Assembly: GCA_033762115.1 (NCBI GenBank)
Contig: JANRLX010000022.1
Coordinates: 13,695-77,694, forward strand
DNA length: 64,000 nt
Direction of reading: 5' to 3'
From: Verrucomicrobiota bacterium
GTDB taxonomy: Bacteria; Verrucomicrobiota; Verrucomicrobiia; Limisphaerales; SXQI01
Part shown: piece after piece, positions 18,489 through 27,095 of the stretch
How the letters are laid out: every line of letters begins with the position of its first letter
How positions within the stretch are numbered: position 1 is the first letter of the stretch
Translations under genes and position numbers: made by a program
Notes under the pieces: generated by a model
What the model was told of the DNA's origin: nothing
Seen by the model: the letters and a program-made list of their open reading frames with translations, nothing else
The model's database searches: none

Positions 18489-21314
18489 TTGGGCGGAATG
18501 AAAATCCATCTCTGGCTGGTTCTTTCGTTCCTGATCACTTTTTCCCTTCCCGCAGCGCAACTGCCTGCGGACCCGCGAATCGAACAGGGAAAACTTGCCA
18601 ACGGGGTGACCTGGCTTTATCGCCAGCATAACAATCCCCCCGGACGAATGGCGCTGCAAATCCATGTGCGCACCGGATCGTTGAATGAAACCGAGGAACA
18701 GCGGGGTCTGGCTCATTTCCTCGAACATATGGCGTTCAACGGGACTGAGAATTTCCCGCCGGGCAAACTGATTCCTTATTTCGAGAGCATCGGGATGGAA
18801 TTTGGCGCGCACCTGAACGCCTACACCAGCTTTGACCAGACTTCCTACATGCTTTTCACACCAAATGTGGACCTGGCGCAGATTGACAAGGCTTTGATGG
18901 TGCTAAGTGATTACGCATTTCGGATTTCGCTGCTGCCGGAGGAGATCGAGAAGGAACGGGGTATTGTCCTGGAAGAATCCCGCACCGGAAAAAATGCCCA
19001 GCAACGGATTCGGGACAAGTTATGGCCTGAACTGTTCAAGGGAACACGCTTTGCCAAACGGCTGCCGATCGGCGAAGAGGCGATCCTTGCTTCCGCCAAA
19101 AAAGAGCAATTCGAGAATTATTACAAAAAATGGTACCGGCCTGAAAATGTGACCGTGGTATTGGTGGGGGATGCTCCATCGAAGGAGATTCTGCCGCTGA
19201 TCGAAAAGTGGTTTGGGAAAGCTACGGCTGAAGGGGAGGCGGCGAAACAGTTTACGCCGGAGTTCCAGCCATTTACTGAAAAACGGGCTTATGTGGTGAC
19301 CGACCCTGAAATGGCCTTTTGCCAGGTGCAGATGATGAATATCCGCCCGGGCCGACCTCCGACAGTGACCATGGAGGAAGCGCGGACTGAGCTGGTGGAG
19401 TATATCGGCAGCTGGATCATCAGCCGCCGTTTTGACGATTTGGTGAAGAAAGGGACCGCCAGTTACCGGAATGCAGGGGCCTACGCACAAAATTTTTTCA
19501 ATGATGCGATGCTGGCTGTCGGATTCAGCATTGGCGAAGCAAAGGATTGGGGGAAGATGCTGGATGAAGTGGTGACCGAGATCAAACGAGCCACCGAGTA
19601 TGGTTTTTCGGATCGTGAACTCAACCTGGCCCGAAAGGAAATCCTGGCTGAAGCGGAACGGGCGATCCGCACTGAAAGCACCCGGAATGCGCAGGAGGTG
19701 ATTGGACAAATCATTGATTCGGTCAATGAACGTGAGCCGGTCCTTTCAGCCGAGCAGCAGTTCAAATTGTATCAGACATTGCTTCCGGGCATCTCGGCGG
19801 CAGAAGTAACCAGTTCGTTCAAGGAACATTTCAGCGCCAATACGTTTGCCTATGTGGTGACGATGTCCGACAAGGGGGGGAACGAAGTGCCTTCGAGCGA
19901 AGCGGTGCTGGCGCGGGCAAAGGCGGCCCTGGCAGCGGAAGTCTCAAAACCGGAGGAGCGGCAGGTGCCGACGAACCTGCTCGCAACCCTGCCGAAACCG
20001 GGCAAGGTGACCGATAAATCGTTCGACAAGGATTTGGGAATCACCAGCGCGTGGCTGGAAAACAATGTGCGGGTGCATCATCGGTTCATGGATTATAAGA
20101 AGGATTCCGTGCTGGTTTCGATTGCCCTCGCGGGTGGGAACATCGAAGAAACCAGGGAGAATGCCGGGATTACGGCCGCCGCCAGTTTGGTCCTGAATGA
20201 ACCGGCCACTTCCCGGCTGACTTCGGCGGATGTGCGGGATTTGATGACAGGCAGAAATATCAATGTCAGTGGCGGTTCGGGAGGGGATCACTTGTTAATC
20301 ACGGTGACCGGCTCTCCATTGAACCTGGATAGCGGCTTGCAACTTGCCCACGCTCTACTTACCGATGGGAAGATCGAGGAGTCGGCCTTTCGCAACTGGC
20401 GGTTGATGTCGTTGCAACGTTTTGAGGATCGCGAGAAGCGGCCTAATTTCAAGGCGCAGGAAGCAATGGAATCGTTATTGAGCAATAACGATCCGCGTCG
20501 TGTTTTCTACGGCAAAAAGGAACTGGAGGCTTTGACCTTGTCCAAGGCGCAGGAATGGTTTGATCGGATCCGCACCACCGCACCGATTGAAGTGGCGGTC
20601 GTCGGAGATATCCAATGGGAAGAGGCGCAGGGGTTGGTTGAACAGTATGTGGGATCGCTTTCGAAACGGGAGCGACGCTCGGAACGAATCGAGGCATTGC
20701 GAAAATCACCACGTCCTGAAGGGCCGCTGGAAAAGCATGTGAAAGTGGAGACCGTCACCCCACAGGCGATGGCCCTGGCAGGGTTTGCGGGTTCTGAGGC
20801 GAGAAACATCAAGGATTCGCGCGGACTGGAATTGGCGTCCTACATCCTGAGCAGCCGGTTGATCAAAAAAATTCGTGAAGAACTGGCGATTGTTTATTCC
20901 ATCGGCGCGAACAATTCACCTTCACAGATTTACCTGGATGCGGGCCGGTTTTTGAGCGGGGCTCCATGCGACCCGGCCAAGGTCAACCAGGTGAACGACG
21001 AAATTCATAAGATTTTTGAGGATTTCGCAAAGAATGGCCCAACCGAGGAGGAAGTGACAAACGCGAAGAAGCAAGTGGACAACAGCCTTGAACAGGGATT
21101 GAGGGAGCCGAGCTACTGGTGGGGTGTGCTCAGGACAGCGCACTTGCGAAAGTGGGATGTGGATTCGGAAAAGAACATCCGTGAGGATTACCAGAAATTC
21201 ACCGGCGATGAGGTCAAGGCGATCTTCGCAAAGTATTATAAGCCAACGAGCATTTTCCGGGTGACCGCAGTGCCGACCGGGACCGAAACGGCAAAGCAGG
21301 CTTCCGCACAGTAA
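18489..21314 (+). CDS. M16 (pitrilysin/insulinase) family zinc peptidase, double-length
   Basis: Signal peptide and the inverted zincin motif HFLEHMAFNGT. 941 aa is consistent with two M16 domain pairs. Confidence 0.85.
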   Translation: MGGMKIHLWLVLSFLITFSLPAAQLPADPRIEQGKLANGVTWLYRQHNNPPGRMALQIHVRTGSLNETEEQRGLAHFLEHMAFNGTENFPPGKLIPYFESIGMEFGAHLNAYTSFDQTSYMLFTPNVDLAQIDKALMVLSDYAFRISLLPEEIEKERGIVLEESRTGKNAQQRIRDKLWPELFKGTRFAKRLPIGEEAILASAKKEQFENYYKKWYRPENVTVVLVGDAPSKEILPLIEKWFGKATAEGEAAKQFTPEFQPFTEKRAYVVTDPEMAFCQVQMMNIRPGRPPTVTMEEARTELVEYIGSWIISRRFDDLVKKGTASYRNAGAYAQNFFNDAMLAVGFSIGEAKDWGKMLDEVVTEIKRATEYGFSDRELNLARKEILAEAERAIRTESTRNAQEVIGQIIDSVNEREPVLSAEQQFKLYQTLLPGISAAEVTSSFKEHFSANTFAYVVTMSDKGGNEVPSSEAVLARAKAALAAEVSKPEERQVPTNLLATLPKPGKVTDKSFDKDLGITSAWLENNVRVHHRFMDYKKDSVLVSIALAGGNIEETRENAGITAAASLVLNEPATSRLTSADVRDLMTGRNINVSGGSGGDHLLITVTGSPLNLDSGLQLAHALLTDGKIEESAFRNWRLMSLQRFEDREKRPNFKAQEAMESLLSNNDPRRVFYGKKELEALTLSKAQEWFDRIRTTAPIEVAVVGDIQWEEAQGLVEQYVGSLSKRERRSERIEALRKSPRPEGPLEKHVKVETVTPQAMALAGFAGSEARNIKDSRGLELASYILSSRLIKKIREELAIVYSIGANNSPSQIYLDAGRFLSGAPCDPAKVNQVNDEIHKIFEDFAKNGPTEEEVTNAKKQVDNSLEQGLREPSYWWGVLRTAHLRKWDVDSEKNIREDYQKFTGDEVKAIFAKYYKPTSIFRVTAVPTGTETAKQASAQ

Positions 21315-22010
21315 TCATTGGAGTGGGGAATAGAATACCTGCACTGAGTAGAGCAGAGGCATGCCCGTTTCGCTCATGCTGAGACGGGCAGCGCAACCAA
21401 GATAACGAGGCCGGGTATCGAGAAGATTTTCACGGTGCCCAGGGGATTTGAGCCATTGCTCAACAAGAGCCTGGGCAAAACTGCGGTAGGTATGAGGTGG
21501 GATGACAGGTCCCCTGGGAGTATAACTGAAATTCTTTTTTCCTTGGTTGGTCCGTGAATGGAACTGACGCCCTGATTCATATTGAAGCGCAAAGGTCATG
21601 GCGAGGTTTTCCGCTCCAAAACGAGGAGTGATCCCAGCCAGCGTCATTCGTTTCTCCAAAGTGGATTTGTTGGTTTCAAACTTGTTCACATGATCAATGA
21701 ATTTGAAGCGCGCCATTGAAATGGCGTGCATTTCCGCGGCCATGATTGATTTGGTGTCCGTCTGCAAAGGAGAAAGTTTTTCCCCGATTCGACGGCGGTT
21801 GGTTTCATGAAAAATTGCCGCACCAAGCAGGTGGTAATTGATCTTCTCGGGAAGGATCGATTCCTTTCCGAGCGGAGAGGCGAAATATTGCTGAGTGGTC
21901 AGAAAGTAAACCCGGCTTTGCAAGGAATTCGTTTCAACTGTTTTTGGTTGAGCGGCAAGGCAGGCCCAGGCACACCCGAGGCAGAGCCATAATTTCAATA
22001 ATTTTCCCAT
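21315..22010 (-). CDS. secreted CAP/SCP-domain protein
   Basis: Start at MGKLLKLWLCLGCAWACLAA (ATG 22010), a signal peptide. The C-terminal WLKSPGHRENLLDTRPRYLGCAA resembles the CAP/PR-1 block. Confidence 0.55.
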   Translation of the reverse strand: MGKLLKLWLCLGCAWACLAAQPKTVETNSLQSRVYFLTTQQYFASPLGKESILPEKINYHLLGAAIFHETNRRRIGEKLSPLQTDTKSIMAAEMHAISMARFKFIDHVNKFETNKSTLEKRMTLAGITPRFGAENLAMTFALQYESGRQFHSRTNQGKKNFSYTPRGPVIPPHTYRSFAQALVEQWLKSPGHRENLLDTRPRYLGCAARLSMSETGMPLLYSVQVFYSPLQ

Positions 22011-22210
22011 TGGGTAACCTGCCACATGAGGGGACTTCCGGGAACCTTTTGTCAAACATGGAGAATTTTCAGTAAAAGTGGGGCCTTAAAAAATGGTTGC
22101 CACCCCTTGCGGAACGGCATTGGTTCTGCTTACTTTCTCCGCCCATTGAACAGAATCAAATGGGAATAGAGAGTAGTTGGTGTCAGATGGAATCAATTGA
22201 ATCGTCCTTG

Positions 22211-22498
22211 ATGGGTGGTGGGAAGCGGTATTCGGCCAAAAACATGAGAAAGCCGATCAACTTCACCTGTTTCGCTCCGGCAGCGCGTGAAGTTTTTTTG
22301 GTGGGAAGTTTTAACCAATGGCAACCGCAAGTCATGAAACGACAGCCTGATGGCGGCTGGCATTTACAAGCGCAGCTTTCGCATGGCCATCACCAGTATT
22401 TATTCCTGATTGATGGAACCCCGACAATCGACCAGCGGGCACAAGGAATCGTTCGCAACGAGAAAAACGAGCGGGTTTCGCTGATCGCTGTCAGTTGA
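22211..22498 (+). CDS. stand-alone CBM48/early-set (glycogen-binding-like) domain protein
   Basis: FTCFAPAAREVFLVGSFNQWQ..DGGWHLQAQLSHGHHQYLFLIDG follows the CBM48/AMPK-beta-like pattern. The start is ambiguous (Met at 22097, 22187, 22211 or 22244). Confidence 0.6.
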   Translation: MGGGKRYSAKNMRKPINFTCFAPAAREVFLVGSFNQWQPQVMKRQPDGGWHLQAQLSHGHHQYLFLIDGTPTIDQRAQGIVRNEKNERVSLIAVS

Positions 22499-23363
22499 GG
22501 TTGCGCCGGAGCGCCCGGCGAATCTCTTCAGCGTAGCCTTCGCGAAAGGTGGGGTAGCGCAGCAGATACCCGAGTTCAGCGAGACGTTGATTGGAGACGC
22601 GTTTGCTGGTTGTAGCGCGTTTCCGGGAGGAGAGGGGTTCCGTTTCGACCGGGGGAAGCGGCTTTTTCAATTCCTGGGAAAGCCATTGGAAAAATTCCAA
22701 TTGAGTCACCGGACAAGAATCAGTGGCGTTATAAATGTTGCCGGGAATTCCCCTTGTTAAGGCAGCCTCAATTATTCCAGCGAGATCATCGCGGTGAATC
22801 ATGTTCAACAGGCGGTCACCGGAACCGCTGATTTTGGCTTCGCTGCCCAGGTATTGGTGAAAAAGATGCCCACGCTCCGGACCGTAAATACCGGAAACAC
22901 GAAGAATAACTCCCGGAAAACCGCTGCTGGATTTCTCCAAGATCAATTGTTCTGTTTCAACGAGGATTTGGCTGGTGGGAGTTTGTGGTGAAGTGGGGCT
23001 GTTTTCGGTGACGTACTCACCGTTTACTTGTCCATAAACACTTGTGCTGCTGGTATAAACAAATTTTTGAAGCGGGCTGTCCTGAAGCCAGTTAATAATA
23101 TTGCGAGTCCCTTCCAGATACACGGCACGATACTCCTCGGAGCCTCCCCTTGAGGACGAGACGGTGTTGATGACCCAGTCAAAATCAGGTGTCATGGTCT
23201 GCAATGATTCCGGCTGGGTAATATCCCCCTGCAACAGATGGATGTCAGGGTCAAGGTTTTCAGGACGCGTTCGCCGCATGGCAATCACTGTGTGTCCCTG
23301 GGAAAGAAAACGCTCGGCAACGGCAAGCCCGACATACCCGCACCCAATAATGAGGACTCGCAT
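22491..23363 (-). CDS. NAD(P)-dependent SDR-family epimerase/dehydratase-like protein
   Basis: Rossmann start MRVLIIGCGYVGLAVA. The start is placed at Met8 (ATG 23363), one nt after the upstream stop. Confidence 0.7.
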   Translation of the reverse strand: MRVLIIGCGYVGLAVAERFLSQGHTVIAMRRTRPENLDPDIHLLQGDITQPESLQTMTPDFDWVINTVSSSRGGSEEYRAVYLEGTRNIINWLQDSPLQKFVYTSSTSVYGQVNGEYVTENSPTSPQTPTSQILVETEQLILEKSSSGFPGVILRVSGIYGPERGHLFHQYLGSEAKISGSGDRLLNMIHRDDLAGIIEAALTRGIPGNIYNATDSCPVTQLEFFQWLSQELKKPLPPVETEPLSSRKRATTSKRVSNQRLAELGYLLRYPTFREGYAEEIRRALRRNLN

Positions 23364-23364
23364 G

Positions 23365-23913
23365 CTACGGATTGGTTCCGTCAAGCTCGGCCAGTTTTTT
23401 CACGGCGAGAGTTTCCCCATTTTCTGCCGCCTGCTTCAGGTAAGAGCGAGCTGTTAATTCATTCTTCTCAACCCCGTCGCCAGTCAGGTAACGAAGCCCA
23501 AGTGCATATTGCGCCCGGCTCGACCCTTCCTCAGCTCTCTTTATTTGCCATTCCAGAGAGTTCTGGGCTAATCGCGATTTTTCTTTCTCACGCTTTTCCT
23601 GGGAAGGAATGTGGTTTCTCGGAACGAATGGAGAACCATGTTGGGAATAGGGTGCTTTTTGCTGAACTGTGCTTGCAGGAACAGGTGATGGGGCGGTGCT
23701 GCTTTGTTTATTGGTCGTTATTTGAGAGGAAGGTGGCAGTCGATAGTAGCGCCTTCCGGAACGACGGCTTGGGGAAAGTGAGCCGGGGTTTTGGGTAACC
23801 AATGTTTGTTTTAATGGGTTGGGGATGTCCGTTCGACGAAAAGCGCCTGAATAACCATCTGGAACAGAGGCCAGCAGCAGGGCACAGCAAATCTTCAGGG
23901 CGGCGGCTTTCAT
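23365..23913 (-). CDS. secreted Sel1-repeat protein
   Basis: Signal peptide MKAAALKICCALLLASV and a low-complexity linker. AQYALGLRYLTGDGVEKNELTARSYLKQAAENGETLAVKKL matches the Sel1 repeat consensus. Confidence 0.6.
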   Translation of the reverse strand: MKAAALKICCALLLASVPDGYSGAFRRTDIPNPLKQTLVTQNPGSLSPSRRSGRRYYRLPPSSQITTNKQSSTAPSPVPASTVQQKAPYSQHGSPFVPRNHIPSQEKREKEKSRLAQNSLEWQIKRAEEGSSRAQYALGLRYLTGDGVEKNELTARSYLKQAAENGETLAVKKLAELDGTNP

Positions 23914-24055
23914 CTCTATCCTCTGGATGAAGGAAGCGATAATCATTGTCAAACAAATCCGGCTCGGGCAATGCCCTGATCAGAAATCCGGACAATTCAT
24001 TTCACTTAAATGAACGAGATCGTTGGCGCGGTGACAACCTGCGTTATCGCTGACT

Positions 24056-26095
24056 TTAACTGCTCAACGCGGTTTGTGCAGATCGCCGCGGCAATAGCAG
24101 AATGGATTCCAGACAGACGATGATTAACACCGTCAACAGAGCCCATTTCCAAATTTTTTGGGACGATTCCAATTCTGCCGCCTGTTGTTGCCTAAGGCGC
24201 TGGATTCCCCCTTTCGATAGAGAGGCGGCGTCAGGAGACAATTCCAGAGGAACTCCCAACGCTTGCAGCTGGGCTTTAGGAAAAGGTGCGGTCCGACTCT
24301 CTGAAGGATCGATATTGACAGCAACTTGTTGGACGGAAGAGCCATCCTGCAGGAGGTAAACTCCAGGTTTGTCCGTTTGCTCGAACCGTTCCGCCTTCTC
24401 CGGCAGAGTGGTGACAGTGCCGTCCGGGGTGCGAACATTAAAAGACGCGCTCTTTTTGGGTAAAGCAATAGGTTCATTAACCAGCCTGGCCGCGGTTCCC
24501 TGAGGAATGGGTGAACTGAATTCCAGGGAAGAATACAGGAATGGGACAAATTTGCTTGATAAGGCAAACTGGCTCATGGCTGGTTCCCACCGGAATGCAA
24601 ACAGGATGACAGCTCCTTTTCCGACCGGAATTTCAACCATCGCTGGGGAAGCATCGTCGAAACGGGCCAGGACCCGTGGTGGGGTGGTTGAGGGGGTTGT
24701 CAGGGTGAATCGTTGCCAGATATTGATCTTGGAAAAATCGCTGTATCGAGCATCACGAAACGGAGCAAAGATCGGGTGCTCAAAATTGATTTCCTGAAGC
24801 AACGCATAACCAGTATCAACGCCTGGTGAGAGAACGGCACCTGGAAGAATTGAAGCAAGCAGACCGTTGATTGTTTCTGCGTCACCCGGCAGCGCAATCA
24901 CCACCCGGCCGTTGTTGCAAAATTCGATGATGCTTTGCAATTCCTGGGGTGAGGCGCGTTGCACAATTGCCATCGCAGCAGTGGACAAATCGTTTGTAGA
25001 AGGTTTTGTGAGGTTCACTTTTAAAAACCCTGCACTCTTAAAAGCGCGTTCGATATAATAAAGTGGAGCGGCTGTGTTTGTGGGGGAATCAGTCCCGAAA
25101 TAGAAGACTGCCATTTCAGGCGCGATGATCGGGACCTGGTAGCTCTTGTTGTCAAAAGGTTCCTCATCACCTTGCAGGGTGACCTGGGAAACGTTCGTCA
25201 GGTTGATTGTGACCACTCGATTTTGTCCGGGCGCAACAGATACTGTGAGGGTGTCATTGGTCTGTTGATTGACAGCAGTGATTTTGAACTGATCGATTCG
25301 CGAATCGGCGGCATTACTCACCCGTGCACGCGCAGGCGAATTTGGAGTCGTTGGCTGCAGTAGCATGATCCCAGCGTTACTACTGCGCGAACTTATCGCT
25401 TCCAATCGTACGGTCACATCGCGCGGCCAGGAGAAATTCTGGAGAGCATCCAGTTTTGAACCTTCCTGAAGGTCCGAAACAAGAGCAATTTCCTTGTGCT
25501 CTGGCGCGGTGCCCACAGGATTCGCTTCCAAAGAGATTAAATCAGCTGCTGAAACCAAAGCATCCCCGAGGTTACTTGAGTCGAAACCGGGCGTCAGAGA
25601 TTGGACCAGGGCGATGGCCGCTGCTTTTTGATTTCCCTGTTGCCGATTCCGCCATTCAGTAAATGAGAGAATTGGAGTCAGGGTGGAGTCCACGGCATAG
25701 ATTGCCAGTTCATCCCCCTCGGAAAGATTGCTGATTACATTACGGGCACGTTCCTGGGCTGCTGGCCAAATGTCCCGGCGTTGCATGCTGGCACTCACGT
25801 CGAGCAACAACACAACGCGCTTTGAGCCGGTGGACACGGCAGGTTGAGGGAGGTGTTTGGCCAGATAAGGGCGAGCAAAACAAAGAGCCAGGAGCAGGAG
25901 GACAGCGCAGCGGAGAAGTAAAAGAATCAAATCTTCCAGGCGGCTTCGCTTGGAAACACGGGGAATGCTCTCCCGGAGGAACATCAGAGTGCTGAAGGAA
26001 AACTTCTCTCTCGTATGGCGGCGGATCAAATGGAAGAGGAGTGGCGCTGCAATTGAGATCGCACCGATCAGGAATAATGGCGTGAGAAAACTCAT
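24056..26095 (-). CDS. BatA-type membrane protein with VWA domain
   Basis: MSFLTPLFLIGAISIAAPLLFHLIRR is an N-terminal double-TM (BatA-type) segment. VWA/MIDAS start VVLLLDVSASM. C-terminal TM helix (WKWALLTVLIIVCLESILLL). Confidence 0.75.
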   Translation of the reverse strand: MSFLTPLFLIGAISIAAPLLFHLIRRHTREKFSFSTLMFLRESIPRVSKRSRLEDLILLLLRCAVLLLLALCFARPYLAKHLPQPAVSTGSKRVVLLLDVSASMQRRDIWPAAQERARNVISNLSEGDELAIYAVDSTLTPILSFTEWRNRQQGNQKAAAIALVQSLTPGFDSSNLGDALVSAADLISLEANPVGTAPEHKEIALVSDLQEGSKLDALQNFSWPRDVTVRLEAISSRSSNAGIMLLQPTTPNSPARARVSNAADSRIDQFKITAVNQQTNDTLTVSVAPGQNRVVTINLTNVSQVTLQGDEEPFDNKSYQVPIIAPEMAVFYFGTDSPTNTAAPLYYIERAFKSAGFLKVNLTKPSTNDLSTAAMAIVQRASPQELQSIIEFCNNGRVVIALPGDAETINGLLASILPGAVLSPGVDTGYALLQEINFEHPIFAPFRDARYSDFSKINIWQRFTLTTPSTTPPRVLARFDDASPAMVEIPVGKGAVILFAFRWEPAMSQFALSSKFVPFLYSSLEFSSPIPQGTAARLVNEPIALPKKSASFNVRTPDGTVTTLPEKAERFEQTDKPGVYLLQDGSSVQQVAVNIDPSESRTAPFPKAQLQALGVPLELSPDAASLSKGGIQRLRQQQAAELESSQKIWKWALLTVLIIVCLESILLLPRRSAQTALSS

Positions 26096-27084
26096 TTCAC
26101 AGCGCTGCTGTTCGTTTGGTACAGACGCGCGAGATCAAGAAGGAGTTTCTCAAGTTGCAAAAAATATTCCTCCTGCTGAAATTTGCTTTTCTGCTCGCGC
26201 AAGGCAGCAATCTGTAATTCCAGTTCATTCCGGCGAACACGTTGGTCTGGTGTTAATTGCTGCTCTTCAAGTGACGGCAACAAGTGGAGTTGATGAGCCC
26301 GGAGCCCATCCGGCAATTCATTGCCAGATGGTTTTTTTGTTGGCCGAACGCCTTGAAAGAAGTCCACAGGAGTCCCCAGTCCATCCCCATTGTCATCCAG
26401 CAAGGCATGTTCAGTCGCCAGTCGCCCGTTCGACTTATAAAAATCCGCCACTCGACGGGCAGAGGAGATAAACGCTTCAAGGAGCGAGGTTTGCCCATCC
26501 TTATCAAGATCCGATTCAGAGGACCCGATCATTTCTGTGAATTGTTCTCCAAAGCGGGAGTAGTTGATCTGGCTTCCTGCCCTGGTTGCGGTCACAATCA
26601 CACGTCCCTGACGCGAGAGCGGCTTTAAAAAGGCGCCGCTTGCCGAAAACGCGTTGATCAGAATTGTTGGACGTTTAAACCCATTCAATAGTGTGACGAA
26701 ATGTTTGGCTTCAAGGTCAGGTCCTCGCAAATTGAATTTAGCCTCTCGACCATTAAAGGTGCCATGACCGATCAGGATCAACCAGAATTCATGGTTGCCT
26801 TCCCGAGGTTCAGATGCCAGGAGGGATTCAAAAAGGTGCAAGTCGTTGGTCGTGTTCGTTGAACCATGCCCCAGCCAGGTGAAGTTGAACTGGTTCGACG
26901 AGGCCAGCTTTTCCCAGGCCTCCCCCAGCTCCCGAAAGGTCTTATCGTAACCATCAGCCCCGGGTGCTCCTGTAATGAGCACCATTCGGGCCCTGTTTGT
27001 GATGCTCTCGCTATGGGCGAATGAGGCAGGAACGAAACAAATATGGAGCGCAGTTGCTATGAATATGCACAATAACCGCGCCAC
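26092..27084 (-). CDS. secreted hypothetical protein, caspase/legumain-fold-like but cysteine-free, with C-terminal coiled coil
   Basis: Signal peptide. FWLILIGHGTF (His107-Gly) lies 40 residues before TILINAFSASGAF (Ser147), the spacing and context of the His/Cys dyad of clan CD peptidases. There is no Cys after the signal peptide. The stop overlaps the next gene's start (ATGA). Confidence 0.55.
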   Translation of the reverse strand: MARLLCIFIATALHICFVPASFAHSESITNRARMVLITGAPGADGYDKTFRELGEAWEKLASSNQFNFTWLGHGSTNTTNDLHLFESLLASEPREGNHEFWLILIGHGTFNGREAKFNLRGPDLEAKHFVTLLNGFKRPTILINAFSASGAFLKPLSRQGRVIVTATRAGSQINYSRFGEQFTEMIGSSESDLDKDGQTSLLEAFISSARRVADFYKSNGRLATEHALLDDNGDGLGTPVDFFQGVRPTKKPSGNELPDGLRAHQLHLLPSLEEQQLTPDQRVRRNELELQIAALREQKSKFQQEEYFLQLEKLLLDLARLYQTNSSAVK

Positions 27085-27095
27085 AAACGCTGATT

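Noticed and set aside
1-21300. Apparent higher GC content in the first 21 kb than in the rest of the window.
   Set aside because: It is based only on hand counts of a few 60-nt lines: about 55-62% early versus about 42-55% later, but 60% again near 60 kb. Genes on both sides are housekeeping. A sliding-window GC/GC-skew calculation is needed before claiming anything.
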